Part shown: one piece after another, positions 1 to 8,091 of the stretch
How positions within the stretch are numbered: the first letter of the stretch is position 1
Layout: every line of letters starts with the position of its first letter
Source: Pyrolobus fumarii 1A
Lineage (GTDB): Archaea > Thermoproteota > Thermoprotei_A > Sulfolobales > Pyrodictiaceae
Assembly (NCBI RefSeq): GCF_000223395.1
Contig: NC_015931.1
Span: forward strand, 300,001-332,000
Direction: 5' to 3'
DNA length: 32,000 bases
Position numbers and translations under genes: made by a program
The notes under the pieces: generated by a model
The model's database searches: none
The model's input: the letters and a program-made list of their open reading frames with translations, nothing else
Told to the model about the DNA's origin: nothing

Positions 1-1
1 G

Positions 2-1168
2 CACGCCGCCGGGACCAACCGCGGTTGGACACCAGACCTGAAACCCGGCACCACCATCACCCTCGAGGAGATCAAACACCTTGAGGAGAGCGGCTGGAGG
101 CTGGTTAGAACCCCGCTCTACAAGGGCGTGTTTCACGACGCGCCTTGCCCGTCCGGCCTCCTGCTAGCCTACAAGCCTGGGCCTCATAACGGCCCTCTAG
201 GGGTCTCGTGGAGGACGGCAGACTGGGTCTACACGACGAGAACAGTAAAGCTGAGCAGCGTCGCCAACGCTACGATCTACTACCGCGCGAGACCCACAGC
301 CACAGTCTACGCCACGAGCATAGCCTACTGCCTCGAGAAGATCAACAACACCGCCTACAGGGTGACAAACTACCTGAAACCAGCATACTACGCAAAGAGC
401 TACACACTAGAGCCACACAGGATAGTCGTCAAGGTGGACCACGAGGCGTTCGAGAAGCTGCTGAGGAGAGAGTGGGTCGAGTCTTACGTGGCTAAGCTTC
501 GGGTTTCTCCAAGGCTCGCCGAGGAGAGTGTTAACGACGTGCGTATCGTTGGCTGGTTTCGCGTGGAGAGGCGCGTCTGCGGGGTCGATGTTGTCGTCGA
601 GGCTCCGAGGCTTAGAGTGGTTTACGGGGATCCCGCCTACACCTACCCCAACAGCTACCTGCGGCACGTCATAGTGTCGTTGGCGAGGTTCATGTGGGAG
701 CTGCGCGTCTGCACACCCGACGAGGCGGTTAAGGCGAGCTACTGGATCATCTACGGCGGCGACGACACCGACCCATATCCGCCAAACTGGTTGATCAATG
801 GCGGTGTATGTTGGCAATGGTCTGAGTGGACATTCAGGGCACTGAGGATGCTAGGCTTGCCAGTCTACCTCCTCTACACCCCCGGTAACCCGCCACACGA
901 GTCTACACTCCTCTGTAGAGAGAGACCAGTGGCCTACCGCGGTTGGTGCTATGGGCTCCTTGCCGTAAACCCGGAGAGTGGGAAGAGGATCATCTGCTGG
1001 CTCTTCGACGACACGGGTTATGTGACAAGCCTTTGGAGGGAGATTGCGAAGATAGGCGCGAGGGTGCATCTAGGCAAGCAGGCATATCCGCCCGAGATAT
1101 ACAGGGTTGTAAAAACATGGGTGGGGTGTAGGATCCCAAGCGACGCTTTCAACGCTACGGCGGGATGA
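2..1168 (+). CDS. hypothetical protein, possibly 5'-truncated by the window edge (minimal ORF 128..1168 from GTG)
   Basis: Frame 2 is open from nt 2, and no ATG/GTG/TTG occurs before the GTG at 128. No family was recognised. It carries a palindrome copy at 15-28 (read as NRGW) and a 1-mismatch copy at 933-946. Confidence 0.5.
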   Translation, partial: HAAGTNRGWTPDLKPGTTITLEEIKHLEESGWRLVRTPLYKGVFHDAPCPSGLLLAYKPGPHNGPLGVSWRTADWVYTTRTVKLSSVANATIYYRARPTATVYATSIAYCLEKINNTAYRVTNYLKPAYYAKSYTLEPHRIVVKVDHEAFEKLLRREWVESYVAKLRVSPRLAEESVNDVRIVGWFRVERRVCGVDVVVEAPRLRVVYGDPAYTYPNSYLRHVIVSLARFMWELRVCTPDEAVKASYWIIYGGDDTDPYPPNWLINGGVCWQWSEWTFRALRMLGLPVYLLYTPGNPPHESTLLCRERPVAYRGWCYGLLAVNPESGKRIICWLFDDTGYVTSLWREIAKIGARVHLGKQAYPPEIYRVVKTWVGCRIPSDAFNATAG

Positions 1169-3404
1169 CCACTATCCTGGCTGTTAGCGGGGTTCTCCAG
1201 ACGCCCAGCTCCTCGTATGGGATCCTGAGCGTCTCGTTGAGCGCCACCACGTGGTATAGGAGTGCTCCGGTAGCAGCATCGTAGATGTACACCTGGCTGC
1301 CTATCGGCACCCCTGTTATCGTCACGTAGGGGTTGCTAGCCACGAGGAGCTTCGCTACCCACGCTGGTATCGGTACCGTTGGCGCTGTCGGCGGGGACTC
1401 GATGTAGAATGTTATGTTGACGGTGTGAGCTCCTGGGGGTAGCACCTCCCTCATTAGCCTCCATGTGAGCGGTGCCCATAGCTTCCTCCTGAACACATCG
1501 TCCACATACACGTAGGGTATCGTCTGTGCTAGTACGTCGGAGCCCCAGGCGCCGGGTACCCTGCCGTAGAAGCCCATCAGGTACGCGTACACTACGCAGC
1601 CCCCGTCGCAGCTCACGTTGAAGATTAGGCCTGCCCTTGGCCACTCTACCCACAGTTTCAGGGCATTGCCGAGGTTCGTGTCCTCGTAGGTTACCAGCGT
1701 GTAATTACCCCAGAGTTGGAGGCCGAGATCCTCGCCTGCGCAGGGTTCCAGCTCGCTCTCGAAGCAGTAGTACGAGATGAGACCCTCCGCCTCCTTCACA
1801 ACCTCATAGTCCGTCGCGTTGATCTTTACAACCCTGATTAAATCGCCGGGCCATAGTGTGCCGGTCCACACGGCTGGCTTCGCGGCCTCCGGTACGAGCT
1901 CCACGCGCCACACGCTAAACGCGTAGAGAGTGTCAATCTGGTTGAATGGCGCCGCTCCAGCCCTGGCTCTGCTGATGTTATACCATAGGCTCACTACTAT
2001 CGGCGAATCGATAGTGAGGTTGACACCGCGGCATATGATGGTTACGTCTGCATCCGCGTCTACCTGACCCGGTTGCAGAGCGTCAGACACCGCCATGATA
2101 CAGCCGCCATACCTGAGCAACGTTGCGTTCGTAGCGCCCGTGAACAGCTCAGGGTTCTCCACGGGGATGATGTCGGCAAGGTCATTATCGAAGAGCAGCT
2201 TGCCGCCTAGGTAGATCCTCAGCCTCAGGGTAGCGTTGAGCAGGAGGGTCTCGGTGTGGTTTGTTGAGGAGCCGTCGGTGAGCGCCTTCTTTGCCGTCAG
2301 GTCTGCGGGGCAGCCGAGCTCCGCACACGGGTCCCTAACCCACAGGTCGATGCGGAGCGTGTAGCGGCCCTCCACAACCCTCGGGTGTATGGTGATGTTG
2401 CAAGCCCCTGCAGTCGCGTTGCAGGTTAAGCCCAGACCGTGATCCCTGTCCACCCAGGGTTTCACCACGCTCCCAGAGTACGCCACGATGCCCTCGGCGG
2501 CGTATCCCCACCAGCCCTGGAGTGTCGAGACGTCGTCGAACGAGAGGATTATGCTCGGACCGGGTTTACTAGGCTGTGGTGTCGGGCTCCTCCCATAGTC
2601 TATGACTATCGTCTTGACCTCGCCGTCCCTGAGCGTCACCCTGTAGGTTCTGTCGACGGTTGTTGAGCCGGATTGTGCCGTGATCTTGACCGTGTACTCG
2701 CCGGGTGCGAGGCCACACAGCTTCAGGTACCCTGGGTCATTGGAGACTAGCTCCGCTGGCCACTGGGATGCGCCACGCTCGATCCTAACACTTAGGATGT
2801 TTGCAGGGGTTCCCTCAACCCAAGCGTCTACCTCTATGCAGCCCGGCTTGCCCAGTATCCTGAGGACTTGTGTCCCGTGGATGGTGGCTACGTACACCGC
2901 GATGGTCGTGTTGGGGTTGTGGTATAGCATTGGGAGGATTATCGGCTCGGTTGTCTCGATTGTGATGTAGCCTCCCGGCTTGACGACGGGGTAGCCGTCG
3001 CTGCTCCACTCCGGGGCCTCCACCCTCAGCTCCTGTGGGATATCGCCGAGTGCTCCTGGCGCCTTCCACTCCTGGCTCCAGAGCCATAGTGGCGGGTATC
3101 GAGAGTTATCCTCGAGGGCGACCGCCAGGTAGACTATCTTGGCTCCGAAGCGCCCCACGTTCTGCAGTGTGACCCTGAGCCTAGCCCTGTACTCGTCGAC
3201 GGGGATCCACTCGTAGTCGACGAGTTTGAACTGGGTCTGGAGCTGCCTCTCTGCGATAAGCTTCTCCTCGGCGATCCTCAGCTGCGCCTGGAGCCCCTGC
3301 AGCTGGATCGAGTAGACGGCCACCTGGGCGAAGAGGATGATCGCCATGAGGGCGACGACGGCCGGCAGCACCGTCTGGCCCCGCAGCCTCCCCCACGCCA
3401 CCAC
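1155..3404 (-). CDS. large (749 aa) secreted/surface protein with a type IV pilin-like (class III) N-terminus
   Basis: The N-terminus is MVAWGRLRGQ/TVLPAVVALMAIILFAQVAVY, a basic-Gly-Gln segment followed by a hydrophobic helix. The protein has many N-x-S/T sequons and a beta-rich Y/W/T/V composition. The 14-mer GCCACTGCGGGGCC lies 25 nt upstream of the GTG start. Confidence 0.6.
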   Translation of the reverse strand: MVAWGRLRGQTVLPAVVALMAIILFAQVAVYSIQLQGLQAQLRIAEEKLIAERQLQTQFKLVDYEWIPVDEYRARLRVTLQNVGRFGAKIVYLAVALEDNSRYPPLWLWSQEWKAPGALGDIPQELRVEAPEWSSDGYPVVKPGGYITIETTEPIILPMLYHNPNTTIAVYVATIHGTQVLRILGKPGCIEVDAWVEGTPANILSVRIERGASQWPAELVSNDPGYLKLCGLAPGEYTVKITAQSGSTTVDRTYRVTLRDGEVKTIVIDYGRSPTPQPSKPGPSIILSFDDVSTLQGWWGYAAEGIVAYSGSVVKPWVDRDHGLGLTCNATAGACNITIHPRVVEGRYTLRIDLWVRDPCAELGCPADLTAKKALTDGSSTNHTETLLLNATLRLRIYLGGKLLFDNDLADIIPVENPELFTGATNATLLRYGGCIMAVSDALQPGQVDADADVTIICRGVNLTIDSPIVVSLWYNISRARAGAAPFNQIDTLYAFSVWRVELVPEAAKPAVWTGTLWPGDLIRVVKINATDYEVVKEAEGLISYYCFESELEPCAGEDLGLQLWGNYTLVTYEDTNLGNALKLWVEWPRAGLIFNVSCDGGCVVYAYLMGFYGRVPGAWGSDVLAQTIPYVYVDDVFRRKLWAPLTWRLMREVLPPGAHTVNITFYIESPPTAPTVPIPAWVAKLLVASNPYVTITGVPIGSQVYIYDAATGALLYHVVALNETLRIPYEELGVWRTPLTARIVVIPP

Positions 3405-3429
3405 CCGCCACCCTCCACCCCTCCCCCAG

Positions 3430-3443
3430 GGCCCCGCAGTGGC
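3430..3443 (-). promoter_or_regulatory. motif-2 copy (minus strand GCCACTGCGGGGCC) upstream of the 749-aa gene
   Basis: Exact 12-mer CCCCGCAGTGGC (plus strand) is shared with 8053, 10903 and 21305. A 25-nt gap separates it from the start codon at 3404. Confidence 0.5.
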
Positions 3444-3487
3444 CGGGTCCCGGGGAGCCCCTCCACACGGACACCATCCCGGCGCGG

Positions 3488-3828
3488 GTGCAACCGCGGT
3501 TGCACGGGTAGACTATCGTCGAGGCGTTATCACGCCACGGGTACTATACGCGGAGCCGAGTCAACCGCGGTTGGAGCGAGACAAGAGTCTATGGAGTCCG
3601 GCTACGCCTGGAGGGTCTCGGGGCGCCGGCTCCAACCGCGGTTGTAGCCACTCACGGTACGCCAGTTCGCCCGGGGAGGGAGAGGGGCGAGCGAATGTAC
3701 TCCATGCGTAGCAGCCATGGACGGGGCCCGTATCCCGGTGGCGCCATCAGGGTAACACCATGCGAACGAATGTTCGGCCTCCACGGGCGAGCTCCGAGCA
3801 CTCGTTCACCAGTCTTAACCGCGGTTGG
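3488..3828. repeat. cluster A of AACCGCGGTT palindromes (4 copies) in a 468-nt non-coding gap
   Basis: Copies are GTGCAACCGCGGTTGCAC at 3488-3505 (18-bp perfect palindrome), tCAACCGCGGTTGG at 3561-3574, CCAACCGCGGTTGt at 3632-3645 and ttAACCGCGGTTGG at 3815-3828. Core starts are 3492, 3563 and 3634 (71-nt steps), then 3817. Confidence 0.85.
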
Positions 3829-3872
3829 ACGCCTGTATAGGAGAGGGCCGGGTGTTGTGCGGGGGTGCTGGT

Positions 3873-4316
3873 CTAGACGCTTTCGAGCCTCGCTGTTAGC
3901 CTCCGGTACTCGCCGTCGTCGAGCAGGTAGTAGGCTTCTACGCCAGCCCTCCTCGCGTTAACAGCCTGTATCCTGTCGCACGTGGCGAGGATGGACCCGG
4001 TTACCCTCGCGCAGGCTATGAAGAACGCGTCTGCGGCCCTACACCCGGTTCTAAGCGCGACCTCCACGGCCTCCTCGTGCAGAGTGTCGTAGCCCACGAG
4101 GTTGACGAACCTCGTTATCTCGGCGACGTGCGACGCGGCTCTCTCCGGCCTGTACCTGGCCAGCACGCCGCTAAGCTCGACCACAAGGAGCATCGGGGCG
4201 TACACCGGGAGGTTCCTCCTAGACACCACGTCGATCACGCGTAGGCTCCTCCTGCTCCTCTCGGCGTCGAAGCGTATCAGCGCATCCACGTAGACGGAGG
4301 TATCCAGGACTATCAA
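3873..4316 (-). CDS. vapC: PIN-domain toxin (VapC-like ribonuclease)
   Basis: The N-terminus (M)IVLDTSVYVDAL is a typical PIN first acidic motif. The size is 147 aa. The TTG start overlaps the stop of the upstream antitoxin-like gene (TTGA). Confidence 0.75.
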   Translation of the reverse strand: MIVLDTSVYVDALIRFDAERSRRSLRVIDVVSRRNLPVYAPMLLVVELSGVLARYRPERAASHVAEITRFVNLVGYDTLHEEAVEVALRTGCRAADAFFIACARVTGSILATCDRIQAVNARRAGVEAYYLLDDGEYRRLTARLESV

Positions 4317-4567
4317 CGCCGGCCCCCGGTCAAGCTCTTCAGGGGATCCTCGCGCACACCGCTATACTCGCGCGACAACCTGCGTATAGCCTCGGCGAGC
4401 CCCCCAGACCCCCGGACGATCACTATCACGACCCTCTCGCCGTCCCTCAGGTTCACCCGCCTAAGGGGGCGCAACACACCCCCCTCATAGACAGCCTCCA
4501 CGACCTCCAACGCGCGGCCCCGGGACAAGTGTGGAGAAAGAACCGTATCATATAACGTGGCTGGCAT
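4313..4567 (-). CDS. DUF104 (AF2212-like) antitoxin-type protein paired with VapC
   Basis: VEAVYEGGVLRPLRRVNLRDGERVVIVIV matches the DUF104 signature IEAVYENGVxKPL...LKEGE recalled from the family. The ATG at 4567 was chosen. Shorter TTG starts at 4528 or 4510 are possible, and the long ORF-track start at 4681 overlaps the upstream gene. Confidence 0.6.
   Translation of the reverse strand: MPATLYDTVLSPHLSRGRALEVVEAVYEGGVLRPLRRVNLRDGERVVIVIVRGSGGLAEAIRRLSREYSGVREDPLKSLTGGRR
4548..4555 (-). promoter_or_regulatory. TATA-like box TTATATGA upstream of the short DUF104 start candidates
   Basis: This is a rare A/T-rich octamer in GC-rich context, about 23 nt upstream of the TTG at 4528. It lies inside the ATG-4567 reading, so the box and the long start are mutually exclusive. 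Confidence 0.25.
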
Positions 4568-4583
4568 CCGGGCTGGAGGGGTC

Positions 4584-4985
4584 CTAGGGTTCGGCGTCTC
4601 CGAGCTCCGCCGCGAGGAGTGAGCGTATCTCGTCCAGTATGGCTGGTAGCGAGGGCTCTTCCGCCGGTACGACACTCCCATCGCTTAGGTGCTTGTGGTG
4701 CGGGTGGGTTGGTAGCTCTGGGTGGTGCGGGGCGTTATCATAGCGGAATCTGAGGTTACCATGGGGATCCTCGTAGTGGAAGCGATAGGCTATCCTCTCG
4801 ACCCTCTCGCCCCGCGAGACGAGATACTCGAGGAAGTGCAGCCTGGATCCATCCACGAACCTGATTAACCCTCTCAACACGAGCCTAGTCGGCGACCTCA
4901 CCTCCATGGTGATGCTCGAGTATGTTATCAGCTTGCTAAGCCTCCACAGCTTCTCTATCACTCCTCTCGTATACTCTGCGAGCAA
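4584..4985 (-). CDS. DUF6516-like protein (family annotated as TumE-type toxin)
   Basis: The motifs RFHYEDPHGNLRFRYDNAPHHPELPTHPHHKH fit the recalled DUF6516 pattern (RYDNAPHH...PHHKH). It overlaps the upstream partner by 50 nt, and an alternative ATG lies at 4907. Confidence 0.45.
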   Translation of the reverse strand: MLAEYTRGVIEKLWRLSKLITYSSITMEVRSPTRLVLRGLIRFVDGSRLHFLEYLVSRGERVERIAYRFHYEDPHGNLRFRYDNAPHHPELPTHPHHKHLSDGSVVPAEEPSLPAILDEIRSLLAAELGDAEP

Positions 4986-5247
4986 GCCTCTCTCTAAGAC
5001 CTCTCACCTCCCTAAGCTCCCTCCGCGCCATCTCGAGGAAGACGAGTTCACCATACCACTCGATGAAGTCCTGCTCGTCGCCCAGCTCGCCGCGGAGAAA
5101 GCGCCCCAGGAACTCCTCGGAGGACATCCCATACCTCTCCTCGAATGTCCTGATCCTCTCACGCGTCGCCCTAACCTCGTCCTCGAGCTTCCTTATTCTC
5201 ATCTCGATATCTCTGATCCTCGGCTTGCCACTCACCATGCTCACCAT
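4936..5247 (-). CDS. small coiled-coil protein, putative antitoxin partner of the DUF6516-like gene
   Basis: It is 103 aa and lies directly upstream of, and overlapping, the DUF6516-like gene. The segment YGMSSEEFLGRFLRGELGDEQDFIEW resembles small archaeal addiction-module partners. The assignment rests on context only. Confidence 0.4.
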   Translation of the reverse strand: MVSMVSGKPRIRDIEMRIRKLEDEVRATRERIRTFEERYGMSSEEFLGRFLRGELGDEQDFIEWYGELVFLEMARRELREVRGLRERLARRVYERSDREAVEA

Positions 5248-5290
5248 ACTCCCAGATGCCAGCGCAAGATAACGGTATAGTTATACTTCT

Positions 5291-7123
5291 CTACCCTTGG
5301 GGGAGTAGCCCCATCCAGGCGTCGCCGCCCGCCTCGAGCCTCACTGTGCCTACTGGCGCCGTGTAGGGTATCGACGCTGTGGCCTCGCCGGTCTCGATCG
5401 TTACGAGGCCCGCGAGCCAGTAGATGCGGTAGCCGCCACTGCACGGCAGCGTCTCGCTCCTAGAGCCAGCCGTTACCCTCACGGCGTTGCCCTCCGGCTC
5501 TGCGACTACCCTGTGCCCAGCCGAGTCGACGAGCGTCAAGCTCGTGGTGCACGCGGCCTCCGCGTAGACCACAGTGCCCGGCTGCACCTCTAGAGAGCCG
5601 CCGGGGAGCGTCGCGTTGAGCACCAGGCCCTCCACGTCGACGCCGGTGGCCTCGAGGCCGCCGCCCGGAAGAACCGCCAGGCTCTGGGCCCCCGAGGCCG
5701 TCGAGGCGACCCAGATGCTCGCGTTGTAAGCGTCTATGGATGGGAGGTTGAGGGTGATCCTCCCGTCCCGGGTCCAGGTGCACGCCACCTCGCCCGCGTC
5801 ACGCACACCGTCGCGGTCATAGTCGATCCACCAGCAGACGACCGAGGCGGGCGGCGCTGTGATGGTGACAGGTCCGCTGTTAAACGCCACGTACCGGAAT
5901 GTGACGAGCACGGCCTCGGCCGCCGGGACCCACGGGTAAGTCCACCCGTAGGTTAGCCAGTAGGGGTCTACGATGGAGTTGACATACCCGGTGATGTTCG
6001 GGTACCACCAGTAGTAGCGGTAGACCCACGGGGGGAGAACGGCGACATAATCAGCGGGGTACCTGGTCAGAGGGTGTACGGTCATACGCTCGCCGCGCAC
6101 GATAACATGCAGCGTTATGCCCTTCACCTCGTCGCGTATGACTGCGCTCTTCTCCGCCCACCCCGGGACGTAGAGCTTGTAGACCACGCCGCTTATGTTG
6201 ACGCTGGTCACGCCGGTGGCGTTCAACCACACTATGGTTGCGCTCTTCGCCTCGCTCCTCGCCAGCGAGGCCCACGCGTACACCGTGTATCTTACCCTCG
6301 ATGTGCCAGTGTAATAGTTCTTGTAGAGCATCTTCTCAACAAAGGCTATCGTGGTCGACGTGCCAACCACGGCATACTGGTACCTCGAGTAGACGCCGAT
6401 GTAGAAGGGCCTCGTGGCCACATACCAGCCGTTAATAACAGGGACGCTGCACACCCTGGGATGCCAGCAGATGTTGCAAGCTTGGTAGGCTACACCAGGC
6501 CGCCTCTCAACACCGCAATATATCCCGATGCAGCACCAGAGCGATTGCGCCACCTGCCCGCCGAGCCCCTCCACACGGAAAACCGCGTAATCCGCGTCTA
6601 TATCGACTCGCCAGGAGCCTCTCCCAAACCCGTCTAGAAGCAACGTGGTTGAGTTGTACACCCTGACCACAGCCCCACTGGCAGACTCGTTGAGGAGCCT
6701 CGCGAGGTCGGCTAGCGACAGGAGCCTTGCCCCGCACTCTGCAAGCTCTCTCCTCAGCTGCTCACCACCAGCGTACACCATTAGACTCACTAGCCTACGG
6801 CCGCTCGTCAGGTCGATCGTATCTCCGGGTAGGATACAACCCGTGTAGCTATACACCGATTCTACGGGTATCCAGGCCGCTAGGCCTGTCTCGGCCCCCA
6901 GCGTGGCCCCCAGGCTCGTATTGCCGAGGAAGAGGTTGATGGTGAGGTTCTGCCCGTAGGGGTTGGCCGCCACCACAGTCGCCTCGCCCTGGCCCGTCGA
7001 CACGGCCGCCACAGGCGCCATGGCGCCCGGCGAGGGTAGGGACGGGGGCCTCAGGGCGAGGAGCGTTGCCGCCGCGATAGACCCGAGTATCGCGAGGAGG
7101 AGGAGCGCGGGTGCCTCCCTCAT
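5291..7123 (-). CDS. large (610 aa) secreted or membrane-anchored protein
   Basis: The ATG at 7123 gives MREAPALLLLAILGSIAAATLLAL, a signal or anchor sequence. The ORF-track start at 7231 adds a non-hydrophobic extension that overlaps the upstream gene. The composition is rich in Y/W/T/V with N-x-S/T sequons. Confidence 0.55.
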   Translation of the reverse strand: MREAPALLLLAILGSIAAATLLALRPPSLPSPGAMAPVAAVSTGQGEATVVAANPYGQNLTINLFLGNTSLGATLGAETGLAAWIPVESVYSYTGCILPGDTIDLTSGRRLVSLMVYAGGEQLRRELAECGARLLSLADLARLLNESASGAVVRVYNSTTLLLDGFGRGSWRVDIDADYAVFRVEGLGGQVAQSLWCCIGIYCGVERRPGVAYQACNICWHPRVCSVPVINGWYVATRPFYIGVYSRYQYAVVGTSTTIAFVEKMLYKNYYTGTSRVRYTVYAWASLARSEAKSATIVWLNATGVTSVNISGVVYKLYVPGWAEKSAVIRDEVKGITLHVIVRGERMTVHPLTRYPADYVAVLPPWVYRYYWWYPNITGYVNSIVDPYWLTYGWTYPWVPAAEAVLVTFRYVAFNSGPVTITAPPASVVCWWIDYDRDGVRDAGEVACTWTRDGRITLNLPSIDAYNASIWVASTASGAQSLAVLPGGGLEATGVDVEGLVLNATLPGGSLEVQPGTVVYAEAACTTSLTLVDSAGHRVVAEPEGNAVRVTAGSRSETLPCSGGYRIYWLAGLVTIETGEATASIPYTAPVGTVRLEAGGDAWMGLLPQG

Positions 7124-7154
7124 ACCCTCCACCCGGGGAGGATGGAGCGAAAAA

Positions 7155-7162
7155 CGCAGTGG
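7155..7162 (-). promoter_or_regulatory. weak motif-2-like element (CCACTGCG) upstream of the 610-aa gene
   Basis: Only 8 of the 12 core positions are shared. The offset from the ATG at 7123 (12-mer equivalent 27 nt upstream) resembles that of the strong copies. Confidence 0.2.
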
Positions 7163-7164
7163 GG

Positions 7165-7557
7165 CTAGGGGAGTCGCGTTGAGATACACCTGGCTGGTGG
7201 TGCTTGCCCAGCCTCCAGCCTCTGGTAGCACATTACGAGCTTAACACCAGGGTTGTACGCGTGATCCACATCCACCAGGTCTATGATTGTTGCTTGCGAC
7301 ACTGGCATTGTCTTGGTGTAGCAGTGGCCGCCTAGGCACCACTTGAGCAGCCATACTGGTTCGTGGGGCTCTAGGGCCACTGTTATGTGGACCGTGCCGT
7401 TTACATTGGCTATTCTCAACACGTGGATCTGGATCTCGAGTATCGGCGGCTGCCCGGTGTGCTGCACGGCAGCGAGACGCGGGTAGAGGATGCCGAGGGC
7501 GGCGGCAAACGCCGCTATGGCTATGGTGGCGTAGAGGAGTTGCGATGGTATCTCCAT
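7165..7557 (-). CDS. small protein with an N-terminal hydrophobic helix (possible minor pilin-like or membrane protein)
   Basis: The N-terminus is MEIPSQLLYATIAIAAFAAALGILYP. It sits between a pilin-like gene and the 610-aa secreted protein in the same orientation. Confidence 0.45.
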   Translation of the reverse strand: MEIPSQLLYATIAIAAFAAALGILYPRLAAVQHTGQPPILEIQIHVLRIANVNGTVHITVALEPHEPVWLLKWCLGGHCYTKTMPVSQATIIDLVDVDHAYNPGVKLVMCYQRLEAGQAPPARCISTRLP

Positions 7558-7573
7558 CGCCTCCTCCCTCTCT

Positions 7574-8038
7574 TCACGGTAGTATCTCTGCGTTGCCGGA
7601 TACCGAGACCTGGGTGTTGGTTAGGCTGGTGTACCCTGATACCTCGACAGTCACCTTGTCGCCGACTGTGGCGCCGGTGTAGCAGACGGTGGTGAAGGAT
7701 GCTGAGCTGCCAGCCTTGACGGTCACCGGGGGCAGCGGATCCCATGTGCAGGACACGCTATTCCCGTTGACGTAGAGCTGGAGGTTATTTATGGTAACCG
7801 TCTCAGGGCCATTGTTCTTCACGGTCACCGTGACGGCCGTGTATCCATCACCAGCGTCGTGAGCGTCAACAATAACCGATAGGGTGGCGCCCTTCGAGGC
7901 CAGCGTCCTCGTCTGCGACATTATGATGCCCCCGGCTATCAGGGCAACGGCAACAGCGATGCCGAGGATAACGAGAGCCTGCACGCCTAGGCTCACCGCA
8001 CGGAACCCAGCCACCCTAGCCACGCTACACACCCCCAT
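7574..8038 (-). CDS. archaeal type IV pilin-like protein (class III signal, DUF361-type N-terminus)
   Basis: The N-terminus MGVCSVARVAGFRAVSLGVQALVILGIAVAVALIAGG contains the RAVS + hydrophobic helix motif, followed by a beta-sandwich-like TVTVKNNGPETVTINN segment. It is a paralogue of 10422-10880. An alternative GTG start lies at 8023. The ORF-track start at 8206 runs through the upstream gene's end. Confidence 0.65.
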   Translation of the reverse strand: MGVCSVARVAGFRAVSLGVQALVILGIAVAVALIAGGIIMSQTRTLASKGATLSVIVDAHDAGDGYTAVTVTVKNNGPETVTINNLQLYVNGNSVSCTWDPLPPVTVKAGSSASFTTVCYTGATVGDKVTVEVSGYTSLTNTQVSVSGNAEILP

Positions 8039-8050
8039 CCTCTCGGGCCG

Positions 8051-8064
8051 GGGCCCCGCAGTGG
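8051..8064 (-). promoter_or_regulatory. motif-2 copy (minus strand GCCACTGCGGGGCC) upstream of a pilin-like gene
   Basis: It lies in the 53-nt gap between the stop at 8092 and the ATG at 8038. It is 12 nt from ATG 8038, or 27 nt from GTG 8023. Confidence 0.5.
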
Positions 8065-8091
8065 CTACGCGTGGTAGGGTGGGTGGGTCTC

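Noticed and set aside
208-817. ORF-track entries nested in or antisense to 128-1168 (208-495 plus strand, 407-817 minus strand). The same class occurs throughout, for example 1336-1653, 2815-3087, 5460-5783, 6074-6637, 12011-12328, 16001-16435, 23210-23848, 23631-24296 and 31173-31823.
   Set aside because: These are high-GC shadow ORFs. They have R/G/P/S-rich low-complexity translations and lie entirely inside longer ORFs that have recognisable domains or coherent membrane or secreted-protein features.
3181-3961. Overlapping ORFs inside the 3405-3872 gap (3181-3477, 3278-3505, 3337-3711, 3602-3784, 3695-3961).
   Set aside because: They mutually overlap on both strands, have Arg/Gly/Pro-rich translations and match no recognisable family. 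The gap is better explained as a regulatory region carrying the phased palindromes.
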